Assembly: GCA_034670305.1 (NCBI GenBank)
Contig: JAXMNT010000017.1
Span: 1-64,000 of the forward strand
Reading direction: 5' to 3'
DNA: 64,000 bases
Origin: Deltaproteobacteria bacterium
GTDB lineage: Bacteria > Myxococcota_A > Polyangia > Polyangiales > Houyiibacteriaceae
Part shown: piece after piece, positions 9,585-21,750 of the stretch
How the letters are laid out: every line of letters begins with the position of its first letter
Position numbering within the stretch: the first letter of the stretch is position 1
The notes under the pieces: generated by a model
Seen by the model: the letters and a program-made list of their open reading frames with translations, nothing else
Database searches by the model: none
Told to the model about the DNA's origin: nothing
Position numbers and translations under genes: made by a program

Positions 9585-10307
9585 TCAGTCGACCAGGGTC
9601 GCGGCTTGGACGGTGACGTTTTGTTTGGCGAGCCGCAGGAGGTTGGAGCGCTCTTCCAGGACCCGGCGAGAGTAGCCAGTGATTTGGCAGACCCCTGTGT
9701 TGTAGGCGCCGAGGCCCTCTCGGACCGAGCCGCAGCGGGCGATCGCGGCGGAGACGAGCCTGGCGCCCGCTTCGAGCACTTCACCCTGGCAGGCGTCGGG
9801 CCGGCGTTCGCAGCGTCGACGGTAGGCCTCGCTCTGAACGAAACGCACCCGGGCGCCCACGCCCCGGGGATGGAGTTGCACCAAGCCGCGCTCGCCGATC
9901 GATCCTTCGGCGAAGGGGTTCAGTCCGCTCTCCCGCAAGGCCATGGCGGCCACGAGGAACGGATCCACTTCATGGCGCCAGGATGCGGCGGCGATCAAAC
10001 GTGCGATGGCCACCACGCGCGCGCGACATTCGACGCGCGCCGAGCGGCAGTGACGCACGTAGACCCTCCGGCCTCCGTGCTCCCACACCGTCAATCTTCG
10101 TTCGAGTGCCCGCACCAACGCCACGGCACCCGCGGCGGCGGCATCGCTCAGCACATCGTCGTCTTCGGTTCGCTCCCCACTGCCTGCAGCAGGGAGCTCC
10201 GGATTTGGTGGTGCTTCCTCAGCGTCTTCGGGAGTCTGCGCATTCGCCCGCGCTTCTGCTCCACTCCATGTACCAAGCACCACACCGATCGCGATGAGGG
10301 TTCGCAT
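9585..10307 (-). CDS. Lytic transglycosylase (SLT domain), exported
   Basis: [13 protein letters not shown] and AYNTG motifs; GGAGGTG RBS; signal peptide. Confidence 0.85.
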   Translation of the reverse strand: MRTLIAIGVVLGTWSGAEARANAQTPEDAEEAPPNPELPAAGSGERTEDDDVLSDAAAAGAVALVRALERRLTVWEHGGRRVYVRHCRSARVECRARVVAIARLIAAASWRHEVDPFLVAAMALRESGLNPFAEGSIGERGLVQLHPRGVGARVRFVQSEAYRRRCERRPDACQGEVLEAGARLVSAAIARCGSVREGLGAYNTGVCQITGYSRRVLEERSNLLRLAKQNVTVQAATLVD

Positions 10308-10461
10308 GAAAAAGTCACCTCCTACACGCCCCAAGTTCTCGACCAAGTGAACGAGCGCCCGACCCCTCGGGCGTGAACCTCGCTCACCTAAGAAGATGGC
10401 TTATGGGTGACCCTCCACCCCGGCGCCAGCCTACACTGAACAAAAAATCAGGGCGCTGGGT

Positions 10462-11913
10462 TCAGCGTTTCTGTTCGACGATGAGACGCTTGAAGGCCTG
10501 GCCCGCGGCGTGGGCCAACACGCCGATGCGCTCGTAGCCGGCTTCCGCGAACGCCACTTCGTCGGCACACAGCAGTGCGACGACGCGACCACCGACTTGA
10601 ACGGGTTGAATGGAGAGTCGGCCGCCACGCGAACCGGTGGCAGCGCGGTAGAGATTGTCGGCAGCGGTCGTACCGTACGCGCCTTCGTGGGGGGCGCCGG
10701 ACTCGAGGACCACCTTGAACATCGACGGGCTCGACGCAGGCAACCAGAGGTTGCGAATCGCATCCGCTGCGATGCCCGTTCCGACGCCGGTCCAGCCACG
10801 GAGCACACCCTTGCGGAGCGCCAGGAAGACCGCCGCGCGCGACACGGTGAGCACCCCTTCACACGTCAGCGCGACGACCTGGTCACGCGTGGCGGCGGCT
10901 CGAATGTTCGCGAGGGTCGCGCCGATGTCTGGCAGGCGCCGCTCGTTGCTCTCCTGGCGGACCTTCTTCGGCCCGCCTTTTGTCCGAACCGGCGCGGCCG
11001 CGAGGTCGCCCCAGGTGGCCTCCTCGGGCGGAATGATCGACCGGGGAGCGGTGGCGGGAGGACGGGAAGGGGCTCGGGTACGGGGCCGGCTGTAGGCTTC
11101 GCCGGACTCGGATGGCTCAGGAACGACGGCAGGTGCCGTCTGGGGTGCTTCGGCCGCTTCGGACGGGGGCACGCTCGCTGCTGGCTTCTTGAACGTCTTC
11201 CGAACCGTCGCCCCCGCGACCACCGCCGCTTGCGCGCCGGGCACTTGCGAAGCGGACGGCGCCGATTGCGGCGACCGGGACAGCGGCTTCGTCTTCACGA
11301 GTGGCAGCGCCGTCTCCCCATCGTTCGCCTCAGGCAGGGCCTCCTGCACCTCGATGTCCTCCTGGAGCCCGATGTCTTCGTCTGCGAGTTCGATGTCTTC
11401 GTCTGCGAGTTCGATGTCTTCGTCTGAGAGTTCGATGTCCCCCGGCGTCGTCTTGCGCCGGGTGAGGTGCAGTGGTGTGGCCTGGGGGATCCGATCGTCG
11501 CGGGCCCCGAGCACCGACGCGATGTCGGAGACCCGCGTGACTCGGGCCACGATCTTGCCGTGGATGAGGTGCTGGATTTCCCGCAGGGCGTGGCGATCGG
11601 TGGGATCCGCCATACCGACGAGCAGCCCCTGTGCCTCTGGACGGACCGGCATCGCCAAGAAGGCGCGGCGCATCTCAACCGGAATGCGGTCGACGACCGG
11701 GGACGAGGCTTGCAGCAGCTCGTGCATCTCGAGCACCGGTCCATGCCCTTCGCTCAAGAGCATGCCGACCACATCGTCCTCGGACACGCCGTGGGCGATC
11801 AGCCGCGCCACCAGCAATCCGCCACCGACCGGTCCTGCGGCCAGTGCGGCGGCCAATTGGTCCCGGGTGGCCAGCCCCGCTCGGACGAGCCGAGCTCCGA
11901 GATCTTCGGACAC
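10462..11913 (-). CDS. MshEN/GSPII-E N-terminal domain protein with a C-terminal GAF-like domain
   Basis: LGARLVRAGLATRDQLAAAL and VGMADPTD motifs; Pro/Ala linker; 21-bp DEDIEL repeat x3. Confidence 0.7.
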   Translation of the reverse strand: MSEDLGARLVRAGLATRDQLAAALAAGPVGGGLLVARLIAHGVSEDDVVGMLLSEGHGPVLEMHELLQASSPVVDRIPVEMRRAFLAMPVRPEAQGLLVGMADPTDRHALREIQHLIHGKIVARVTRVSDIASVLGARDDRIPQATPLHLTRRKTTPGDIELSDEDIELADEDIELADEDIGLQEDIEVQEALPEANDGETALPLVKTKPLSRSPQSAPSASQVPGAQAAVVAGATVRKTFKKPAASVPPSEAAEAPQTAPAVVPEPSESGEAYSRPRTRAPSRPPATAPRSIIPPEEATWGDLAAAPVRTKGGPKKVRQESNERRLPDIGATLANIRAAATRDQVVALTCEGVLTVSRAAVFLALRKGVLRGWTGVGTGIAADAIRNLWLPASSPSMFKVVLESGAPHEGAYGTTAADNLYRAATGSRGGRLSIQPVQVGGRVVALLCADEVAFAEAGYERIGVLAHAAGQAFKRLIVEQKR

Positions 11914-12028
11914 GTGCTGGGGTGTACGCAGTCCGGCCCCATCCGGTCAACGTCTTTCCGGGACAGGATCGGGATGCACCGACCAGCAATCCGAACGCTC
12001 CCAAGGCAGGGAGTGGTAACTTGGGGTC

Positions 12029-13246
12029 GTGGCCACGGTGCTCCACATCGAAGACGACCCGGGCAGCCGTCGGCTGGTCGAGAAACTCCTGGTGAGGGCG
12101 GGGCACCACGTCGTGGACACCGACTCCGGTCTGGAAGGAGTCGAGCTGGCGCGGACCATCGGCCCAGACCTCGTGCTGGTCGACATCAACATTCCGGACC
12201 TCGACGGGTACGAGGTGACCCTTCGGTTGCGGGGCATCCCGCACCTGGACGGGGTGCCGATCGTGGCCATCACGGCCGAGGGGGACCGAGAGACGAGTCT
12301 GGCGGTGGGTGCCGACGGATTCATCGCCAAACCGATCGACGCGCGGCACTTCGCCGGGCGGGTCGAGTCCTTCTTGAGCGGTCACAGAGAGTTCCCGCAA
12401 GACGAGAAGACAGGCGAAGACAAGCTGCGAGAGCAGAGCCACAAGATCGTCGAGCGGTTGGAAGCGAAGGTCCGCGCACTCTCCGCTGCCAACGCGGACC
12501 TCGAGGAGATGGCTCGGCTGCGGCGCGAGTTTCTCCAGAACGTGACCCATGAACTGGCGACACCGATGACGCCGGTCGTGGGCTATCTGAAACTTCTCCT
12601 GGCCGAGGAGCTCGGACCGCTGACCGAGCTGCAGGCCAAGTCGCTCAAGGCGGTGGAACGTGCCACCCGCCGGCTGCGAGAGGTCACCGACACGCTGCTG
12701 GACGTGAGCGCGCTCGAGAGCGAGCGCATGCACTTCTACGATCGGGCCTTCGACTTCTCAGCCATCGCTGCCGAAGCGGTGAAGGCATCGACCGAGTCGG
12801 CCGCGAGCCGCAACGTGAGCATCGTCTTCCGTCGCTCGGATCCGCTGATGACGCGCGGGGATCCCGACAAACTTCGGCGGGCGATCGTCCACGTCATTCA
12901 CAACGCGTGCAAACACACCCCGCGCGGAAACGACGTGGCCGTGGAGGCGGTGGAGGCGGGCGAACACCTCGCCCTGCATGTCCTCGACGGCGGTCCGGGC
13001 ATTCCCGAACAAGAGCGCGAGCGGATCTTCGAACCCTTCGTGCAGATCGACGGATCCGCCACCCGCAAACACGGCGGGGTCGGACTCGGTCTCGCGTTCG
13101 CGCGCCACGTGACCCTCGCCATGGGCGGCGGGGTGAGCGTCGAGAGTCCGCCGAGCGTGCAGGTGGCGGGCCGCGCCCTCACCGGCACCCTGGTCACGCT
13201 GCGGGTCGCCCGGCTGACCGAAGCCGTCCCAGTCCCTGGTGGCTGA
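12029..13246 (+). CDS. Hybrid response regulator/histidine kinase
   Basis: Receiver (IEDD, LVD, AKP), H-box THELATP, N/G boxes NACKHT, DGGPGI, GVGLGL. Confidence 0.93.
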   Translation: MATVLHIEDDPGSRRLVEKLLVRAGHHVVDTDSGLEGVELARTIGPDLVLVDINIPDLDGYEVTLRLRGIPHLDGVPIVAITAEGDRETSLAVGADGFIAKPIDARHFAGRVESFLSGHREFPQDEKTGEDKLREQSHKIVERLEAKVRALSAANADLEEMARLRREFLQNVTHELATPMTPVVGYLKLLLAEELGPLTELQAKSLKAVERATRRLREVTDTLLDVSALESERMHFYDRAFDFSAIAAEAVKASTESAASRNVSIVFRRSDPLMTRGDPDKLRRAIVHVIHNACKHTPRGNDVAVEAVEAGEHLALHVLDGGPGIPEQERERIFEPFVQIDGSATRKHGGVGLGLAFARHVTLAMGGGVSVESPPSVQVAGRALTGTLVTLRVARLTEAVPVPGG

Positions 13247-13252
13247 GCGCCG

Positions 13253-14368
13253 ATGATCTACCTCGATCACCATGCGGCCACGCCGCTGAGCGAAGCCGCG
13301 CGCGCCGCGATGCGGGACGCCGAAGACGCCTGGGCGAACGCGTCCAGCGCCCACGCGGCCGGGCGCCGCGCGCGTTCGGTGCTGGAACGGGCACGGGCGC
13401 AGGTCGCGGCGACCCTCGGCGCCCAACCCGCGGACCTCGTCTTCACCGCGGGCGGCACCGAGGCGTGCAACCTCATGATCGCGGGCGCGCCGCAGGACAC
13501 CCCGGATGGATCGGGCCGCATCGTGACCACGGCGCTCGAACATCCCGCCGTCCTGGAAGCCTGCGAGGCCGCCGCCGAGCAACGAGGGGTGGCATGTGTG
13601 GTTGTCCCGGACTGGGACCTCGAGCGGTTCGAACTTCGGCCGGGAGACCTCGTCGCAATTCAGTGGGTCAACCACGAGGTCGGTGTCGTCGCACCGCTGG
13701 CGGAGATCGGCGCCCGCGCCGTGGCTGTGGGGGCGACGATGGTGGTCGACGCGACTCAGGCGCTCGGCCGGCTGCCCATTCGACTCGAAGACCTGCCAGC
13801 GGTCGCGGCGCTGGCACTGGCCTCGCACAAGATCGGGGGCCCGAGCGGCGCGGGCGCACTCTGGGTCCGCCGGGACTGGCCTCTGCAGCCCCAACTCGTG
13901 GGAGGCGGACAGGAGCGGGGCCGACGACCAGGCACCCAGCACGCCCCCACGCTGGCGGGATTCGGCGCGGCGTGCGCCGAAGTGTGCGAACGACTGGCCG
14001 AGATGCCCCTGGTCGCCGCGCGGCGAGATCGACTCGAGCACGCGCTCCGAGAAGCCGGTGCCAGGATCAACGGGGTCGAGTACCCGCGCGTGGCGACGGT
14101 GGTGAACGCGAGCGTGCCCGGCTGGCGCGGCGAAGAGCTGGTCGCTGCGCTCGACCTCGAAGGTGTGTGTGGTTCCGCGGGCGCCGCCTGCTCCTCGGGG
14201 GTCGCCGGCGCCTCCCCCACGGTGGCGGCGCTCTATCCGGACGAACCATGGCGCGCCCGGGCGACCCTGCGCCTCAGTCTCGGTCCTGAAGTCACCGACG
14301 CCGACGTGACCGCGGCCATCGCGGTTTTGAAGACGGTGCTGGCCCGGGTCGACCCGCCATCGGCTTGA
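13253..14368 (+). CDS. iscS: Cysteine desulfurase (IscS/NifS family)
   Basis: IYLDHHAATP, GGTEA, SHKIGGP and SAGAACSSG motifs; adjacent to mnmA. Confidence 0.9.
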   Translation: MIYLDHHAATPLSEAARAAMRDAEDAWANASSAHAAGRRARSVLERARAQVAATLGAQPADLVFTAGGTEACNLMIAGAPQDTPDGSGRIVTTALEHPAVLEACEAAAEQRGVACVVVPDWDLERFELRPGDLVAIQWVNHEVGVVAPLAEIGARAVAVGATMVVDATQALGRLPIRLEDLPAVAALALASHKIGGPSGAGALWVRRDWPLQPQLVGGGQERGRRPGTQHAPTLAGFGAACAEVCERLAEMPLVAARRDRLEHALREAGARINGVEYPRVATVVNASVPGWRGEELVAALDLEGVCGSAGAACSSGVAGASPTVAALYPDEPWRARATLRLSLGPEVTDADVTAAIAVLKTVLARVDPPSA

Positions 14369-14381
14369 CCTCGCGCGCTTT

Positions 14382-14505
14382 CGTTTGTTGTCCGAGGGGG
14401 ATGGGCGCATCCCCCTCCGGCCTGCGGGGCAAAGCCCCTCCGGCCTCCTCCCCAACTTCGCTTCGCGCAAAGTGCTGCGCACTTTGACGGTCTTCAGCGC
14501 TTGAC
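14382..14505 (-). repeat. 125-bp hairpin-rich dispersed repeat, copy A (REP/MITE-like)
   Basis: Reverse complement matches 36078-36200; stem GAGGGGGATG-GGCG-CATCCCCCTC. Confidence 0.85.
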
Positions 14506-14519
14506 CGCTCCGGGCTTCT

Positions 14520-14644
14520 GGACGCTTGTTGCCCCGAGGGATTGGGATTGGGCGCATCCGGGCCTGAGAGACCTGGCCCTCCGGCCTCCTCGAACTTCGG
14601 TTCGCGCAGGATGCTTCGTGGTTTGACGGTCGCGGGCGCTTGAC
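14520..14644 (-). repeat. Degenerate tandem copy B of the same repeat
   Basis: Colinear with copy A: TTGTTG.CCGAGGG, GGGCGCATCC, CCCTCCGGCCTCCT, AACTTCG.TTCGCGCA, TTTGACGGTC, GCGCTTGAC. Confidence 0.75.
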
Positions 14645-14664
14645 CTCGCGCGCACGGGTGCCCA

Positions 14665-15744
14665 TTGAACTCCTCGATGATCGCCTCGGCCGAGCCACGT
14701 CGCATTCTCGTCGCCATGAGCGGCGGGGTGGACAGCTCCGTCGCCGCCGCGCTGCTCCACGAGCAGGGACACGAGGTGCTCGGCGTGACGATGCATCTGT
14801 GGGACGCGACCGGCGAACACCAGGTGGGACGGTGCTGCGCGCCCGAGGATCGGGACGACGCCCGCCGCACCTGTGAGCACCTCGGCATTCCCCACTACGT
14901 GATCGACGAACGCGAGGCGTTTCGAGCCGAAGTCGTCGAGCCGTTCCTCGCGGAGTACGAGTCCGGCCGCACGCCGATTCCGTGCGTCCAGTGCAACCGC
15001 ACCGTGAAGCTCCACCGGTTGGCGGTGCTCGCGGACCGTTTCAACTGCTCGCACATCGCGACCGGCCACTACGCACGCATCGCGATGGCGGCCGGCGAGG
15101 TCCAGCTTCTGCGTGGGCGTGACCGCGCCAAGGACCAAACCTACTTCTTGTTCGGCGTTCGTAAGGATGTGCTCGCCCGTCTGATCTTCCCGCTGGGCGA
15201 GATGGTGAAGGACGAAGCGCGCGCTGAAGGCCGGCGGCTCGGTGTTCCCAACGCCGACAAGCCCGACTCGCAGGAGTTGTGTTTTGTGCCCGACGGGGAC
15301 ATCTCCGGTTTCGTGCGTCGCGAGCTCGGTGCGACCAAGCCGGGCCGGGTCGTCGACGAGAGCGGCGCGAAGCTCGCCGACCACGACGGCGTCTCCGGGT
15401 TCACCGTGGGGCAGCGCAAGGGACTCGGGCTCGGCGGCGGGCCGGTGCGGTTCGTCTTGAAGATCCTCGACCAAGGCGACGTGGTGGTCGGCGGCGACGA
15501 CGCGCTGTACCAACACGAGCTCCTGGCCAGCGGCGTGCAGTGGTTGCGGCGGCCGGCCGGACCGATCGACGCGTCCATCCGAATCCGCCATCGGCACGGT
15601 CCCGAGGCCGCCCGCATCGAACCGACCGAGTCCGGCTTCCGCGCCGTGTTCACCGAACCACAACGCGCGATCACGCCAGGGCAGGCCGCGGTGGTGTATC
15701 TTGGGGACGAGGTACTTGGTGGCGGATTCATCGACCAGCTCTGA
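14665..15744 (+). CDS. mnmA: tRNA 2-thiouridine(34) synthase
   Basis: AMSGGVDSS, ATGHYAR, KDQTYFL, DSQELCF and TPGQAAV motifs; start may be ATG at 14677. Confidence 0.96.
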   Translation: MNSSMIASAEPRRILVAMSGGVDSSVAAALLHEQGHEVLGVTMHLWDATGEHQVGRCCAPEDRDDARRTCEHLGIPHYVIDEREAFRAEVVEPFLAEYESGRTPIPCVQCNRTVKLHRLAVLADRFNCSHIATGHYARIAMAAGEVQLLRGRDRAKDQTYFLFGVRKDVLARLIFPLGEMVKDEARAEGRRLGVPNADKPDSQELCFVPDGDISGFVRRELGATKPGRVVDESGAKLADHDGVSGFTVGQRKGLGLGGGPVRFVLKILDQGDVVVGGDDALYQHELLASGVQWLRRPAGPIDASIRIRHRHGPEAARIEPTESGFRAVFTEPQRAITPGQAAVVYLGDEVLGGGFIDQL

Positions 15745-15781
15745 ACGGACGGCACGCCTCAGCGCGCGTGGCCGGCGGTGC

Positions 15782-16339
15782 GTGCTCCTGGCGGGTCTGC
15801 TCGCGCTCGGATCGGCGTGTTCGGTCGGGGTTGGGGAAGGCAGCATCACCGCGCAGGTCACCGACGAAGGCTGCGGCATGGACGGCGAGACGGTGGAGCT
15901 CTTCCCGGACTTCTTCGCCGCCGATCCTTTCGAAGGCGCGCTCGAAGTCCGGGTGCAACGCGGCGGCGACTTCGAGTTCATGAGCGACGGCATCTCGCTC
16001 AACATCCAGGACAGCGCGATGGAAGCCATGCGCACCGGCACCCCGATCGAGGTCAGCCCCGAAGCCGGCGAGCCGCTGCGCATGACCATCTACCTGCACG
16101 ACACTTGCCGCGTCGACCGAGCCCACGAGCCCCCGGTCACCTTCGTCGCGACCGAAGGCACGATCACCTTCCTCGACGTCTACGCGCCCGACCTCGACCC
16201 GGACCAGCTGCGGACCTCCGCGTCCTTTCGGGGGGTGCGCTTCGTCGACACGTCGCGTCCCAACGAACGCTTCGCCATCGTCGACGCCGAGTTCTCGTTC
16301 CTGTTCAACCGCGGCCGCCCAGCCCAGCGCTTTCCCTAG
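15782..16339 (+). CDS. Hypothetical lipoprotein
   Basis: LLALGSAC lipobox; start uncertain; C-terminal F.RGRPAQRFP. Confidence 0.7.
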   Translation: MLLAGLLALGSACSVGVGEGSITAQVTDEGCGMDGETVELFPDFFAADPFEGALEVRVQRGGDFEFMSDGISLNIQDSAMEAMRTGTPIEVSPEAGEPLRMTIYLHDTCRVDRAHEPPVTFVATEGTITFLDVYAPDLDPDQLRTSASFRGVRFVDTSRPNERFAIVDAEFSFLFNRGRPAQRFP

Positions 16340-16384
16340 TTTGCTGCCAATACGGGCCTGGCTCGCTTCGCGAGACTCGCAGCC

Positions 16385-16439
16385 TGCCCCTTGCCCCTGC
16401 CCTTGCCCCTGCCCTTGCCCCTGCCCTTGCCCTTGCCCG
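16385..16439 (+). repeat. (GCCCTT/GCCCCT)n hexamer tract
   Basis: Visible tandem repeat. Confidence 0.9.
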
Positions 16440-16495
16440 CGGATCAGCGGTCAGATCGCTTGATCAGCGCGACGAGCATCGCGACGACTGCTCGA

Positions 16496-16612
16496 GGTGG
16501 GCGAGAGCCCGTTCGATATCGAGGCAGACGCAAGACACAGTTCGCCGCCTACCTGGCCGGCGCCGCATACAACCTCCTACGCGTCGCGCGGCTGCGGAGT
16601 TGCGCCGCGTAG
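16496..16612 (+). pseudogene. C-terminal fragment of an IS5-family transposase
   Basis: GG...RYRGRRKTQFAAYLAGAAYNLLRVARL resembles the IS5/IS1182 DDE transposase C-terminus; no catalytic core upstream. Confidence 0.7.
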
Positions 16613-16761
16613 CACCGACCGATGCCCGGCGGCTTCGTCCGCTGGGCATCGGGCTCCGATTCGCGGCCTCGCCGTCGCGAAACACACGGCGTCCACGACC
16701 CGGGCAAGGGCACGGGCAAGGGCAACGGCAAGGGAGCAGGTCGCTTTTCAGCGACCTGCTA
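16496..16761 (+). mobile_element. IS5-like remnant with its right end
   Basis: Transposase tail plus about 122 bp shared with 1-123, ending TTTTCAGCGACCTGCTA. Confidence 0.65.
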
Positions 16762-18051
16762 CGTTCGTTCGAGGACGAGTAGGGTCTCGAGGTGCGGCGT
16801 CTGAGGGAACATGTCGAACGCGGCGGCGCGAACGATGCGGTAGTTCCCGTCTTCGATCAGCACCCGCACGTCGCGCTCGAGCGTGGTCGGTTCGCAGCTG
16901 ACGTAGACGACGTGTTTGGCCCGGTGGGTGACGAGGCGACGCACGCTCTGTTCGGCGCCGACGCGCGGCGGATCGAGCAACACGAGTTCATGGGGCCGCT
17001 TGGGCCAGTCTTCCGCGCGACCGCACACGACCTTGCCGCGCAGAGAGCGGGCGGCGAGGTTGCTGCGCAGCGCGTCGCATGCGTCGCGATCCTGTTCCAC
17101 CGCGGCGTACTTCACCGAAGGGCTGGCCGTCTTCTGCGGCGCGATGAGCACCCCGAAGTTGCCGCTGCCCGCGAAGAGCTCGAGTCGATCGCTCGCGTTG
17201 CACTCTTCCACCACCCGCGCGACCTCCCGGGCCAGCACGCGGTTGAGCGTCTCGTGCGCCTGCGCGAACCCGATGCCCCCGAACTCCAGGCTGCGCCCAT
17301 CGCCCCCGAGCCGGCGCTCGCGCGGCTGTCCTTCGACCGCCGGCGCGCCTCCATCGACCACAAGCGACGCCCCCGCGATCGCTCCGTCGCGAACCCCCGC
17401 CGAGAGGGCCGCGTAGAGCGGTGCGGCTTGAGACTCGGCCTGGATCTCGAGCACCGGTTGGTCGTCTCGAACGCCGATGCGCACCTCGCCCCGACCGACG
17501 AGCGGCAGCCCATGCACGAACGTCAGTCCTGCCTGCGCGGCCGGGGAGAGCACCGCACACTCCGGAATCGAGACCAGCTTCTTCGAGGCGCGGGATCGGA
17601 AGCCGCGCTTGGATCCATCGAAGGCGATGCGGGCCCGGGTGCGGTACGCGAGCGGCGCGTCCGCGAAGATCTCGACGTCGGGCGCGCCGGGCTGGAGTCG
17701 CTGCACGACCTCGGTGAGCCGCCGCACCTTCTCGCGCTGTTGCTGCGCGTCGTCGACCACCATCCACGGGCAACCGCCGCACTGATGCACGTGCGGGCAC
17801 ACGGCATCGCGCCGGTGTTCGGATGGATCGAGCACCCGCTTCACGCGCGCGACGCTGCGGGTCTTGCCACGCTTGCGGGTGCGCACGACTTCGAGTTCGA
17901 GCACGTCGCCCGGCACGGCCGACGCCACGAACATCTTGCCGTGCTCGGTCTCGACCACCGCGTCGCCGCGCCGTCCAAGTCCGACGACGTGGCCGCGCAC
18001 GAGCTCCGTGGGTCCGGAGGGAACCTCTGGACGTCTTCGACCTTTGGACAC
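16759..18051 (-). CDS. rlmD: RNA (uracil-5)-methyltransferase, RlmD/TrmA family
   Basis: TRAM-like N-terminus, CPHVHQCGGC, LELFAGSGNF, LDPPRVG, YVSC and DMFPQTPHLE motifs. Confidence 0.85.
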   Translation of the reverse strand: MSKGRRRPEVPSGPTELVRGHVVGLGRRGDAVVETEHGKMFVASAVPGDVLELEVVRTRKRGKTRSVARVKRVLDPSEHRRDAVCPHVHQCGGCPWMVVDDAQQQREKVRRLTEVVQRLQPGAPDVEIFADAPLAYRTRARIAFDGSKRGFRSRASKKLVSIPECAVLSPAAQAGLTFVHGLPLVGRGEVRIGVRDDQPVLEIQAESQAAPLYAALSAGVRDGAIAGASLVVDGGAPAVEGQPRERRLGGDGRSLEFGGIGFAQAHETLNRVLAREVARVVEECNASDRLELFAGSGNFGVLIAPQKTASPSVKYAAVEQDRDACDALRSNLAARSLRGKVVCGRAEDWPKRPHELVLLDPPRVGAEQSVRRLVTHRAKHVVYVSCEPTTLERDVRVLIEDGNYRIVRAAAFDMFPQTPHLETLLVLERT

Positions 18052-18105
18052 GAGCGCGCACCTTAGTACATCCGGAACGGCGGAGGAGGACGAAGCGGAG
18101 ACCGC

Positions 18106-18438
18106 GTGCCCGTGCCCTTGCCCTTCGTGCCCGTGCCCTTGCCCTTCGGTCCGATCCCGAAGCCGACACCGAAGCTGACACCGAAGCCGAAGCCGAAGCC
18201 GAAGCCGACGCCGAAGCCGAAGCCGAAGCCGACGCCGACACCGAAGCCGAAGCCGAAGCCGACACCGAAGCCGAAGCCGACACCGAAGCCGAAGCCGACG
18301 CCGAAGCCGACGCCGAAGCCGAAGCCGAAGCCGAAGCCGAAGCCGAAGCTGACGCCGAAGCCGACGCCGACGCCGAAGCCGAAGCCGAAGCCGACGCCGA
18401 AGCCGAAGCCGAAGCCGAAGCCGAGCGACGCCGAAGCC
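18106..18438 (+). repeat. Composite array: (GCCCGT/GCCCTT)n then (GCCGAA/GCCGAC)n
   Basis: Visible tandem repeats. Confidence 0.95.
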
Positions 18439-18459
18439 GGCACCGACCTCGCTCCTCGC

Positions 18460-19002
18460 TCAGACGGTGACGGTGGCGCTCAGTGCTTCGAGGCTGCCGG
18501 CGTCCTTGCGGGCGACGGTGGCTTTCTTGCCGAGCGCGGCGCTGGCGACTTCTTCGAGGAGCGGAGAGAACGCGTTGAATGCGTCGTCTTCGTTGGGCGC
18601 GTTCAGTCGGTCGGGGATGCGGACGAGAACTTCGGCGCGGGAGAACTTCAGCGCGATGCCGGGTTCCGCTTCGAGCAGGGCGGCCGCGCGTTCGGCGCGT
18701 GCGAACGCGTCGGTGAGGCGGGCGCGCAGGTCCCCTTCGAGGTCGCGTTTGCGACTGTAGAGCAGGCCAGGTCGGCCTTCGTGCAAGTCGAAGTAGTAGT
18801 CGGACGCGTGCCCGATGAGCACCACGCCTGGGCCTTCGTGAACGTGGGAGTAGTCGGCGACGTCGATGATGAGTTCGTCGTCGATCACCGCTTCGCGGAT
18901 CCATCGGTGGAAGACCGGAATGAGTGCCGCCGCATCGGGCGTGTCGCCTTCGGCGAAGAGTTTGACGTGGACGCGTTCGGCGTCGTGAATCGAGTGGGTC
19001 AT
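18460..19002 (-). CDS. Conserved-looking hypothetical protein downstream of the reductase
   Basis: Globular-looking ORF ([28 protein letters not shown]), 13 bp downstream of the reductase. Confidence 0.8.
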   Translation of the reverse strand: MTHSIHDAERVHVKLFAEGDTPDAAALIPVFHRWIREAVIDDELIIDVADYSHVHEGPGVVLIGHASDYYFDLHEGRPGLLYSRKRDLEGDLRARLTDAFARAERAAALLEAEPGIALKFSRAEVLVRIPDRLNAPNEDDAFNAFSPLLEEVASAALGKKATVARKDAGSLEALSATVTV

Positions 19003-19015
19003 GGGTGCTGGTCGT

Positions 19016-21268
<2,253 letters not shown>

Positions 21269-21324
21269 CGGTGTGCTCCAACAGGGGCGAGCCGAGGTGC
21301 TGCTCGGTTCATTTCTGTTCCCGG

Positions 21325-21354
21325 CATCTACGGCCGACAAACCCCATTGGTCAA
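21325..21354 (-). promoter_or_regulatory. Putative sigma-70 promoter of the reductase
   Basis: TTGACC-N18-TAGATG in a locally AT-rich region. Confidence 0.4.
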
Positions 21355-21494
21355 GTCAAGAACAGCCGATTTCAATGCGAGCGCCCGGAATCATTGCGCT
21401 TATTTCTTGGTATTTCCGATGGTTTTAGTGATGGAATATAGATCCCGAGCGCCCTTCGGATTCTTAAGCCCGGCGAATCCGAAGCTCGATCGAC

Positions 21495-21709
21495 GCCGAA
21501 GGTCGATGCCGAAGCCGAAGCCGAAGCCGAAGCCGATGCCGATGCCGATGCCGAAGCCGATGCCGAAGCCGAAGCCGAAGCCGATGCCGATGCCGATGCC
21601 GATGCCGATGCCGATGCCGATGCCGAAGCCGATGCCGATGCCGATGCGGAATCCGAATCCGAATCCGATGTGCGGTTCCTGCCCGTGCCCGTGCCCGTGC
21701 CCGTGCCCC
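21495..21709 (+). repeat. Composite array: (GCCGAA/GCCGAT/TCCGAA)n then (GCCCGT)n
   Basis: Visible tandem repeats. Confidence 0.95.
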
Positions 21710-21750
21710 TCCTGGTCTTTCCAAAGCCGGATGCCGGTATGCTCTCGGGG

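Noticed and set aside
9185-9616. PKPM, AEAD, GFGI and SASA repeat ORFs across the hexamer arrays (also 18106, 21372, 23752, 44684, 53637, 57877)
   Set aside because: These hexamers lack stops in most frames, so the ORFs are automatic; there is no RBS or unique domain, and they overlap real genes
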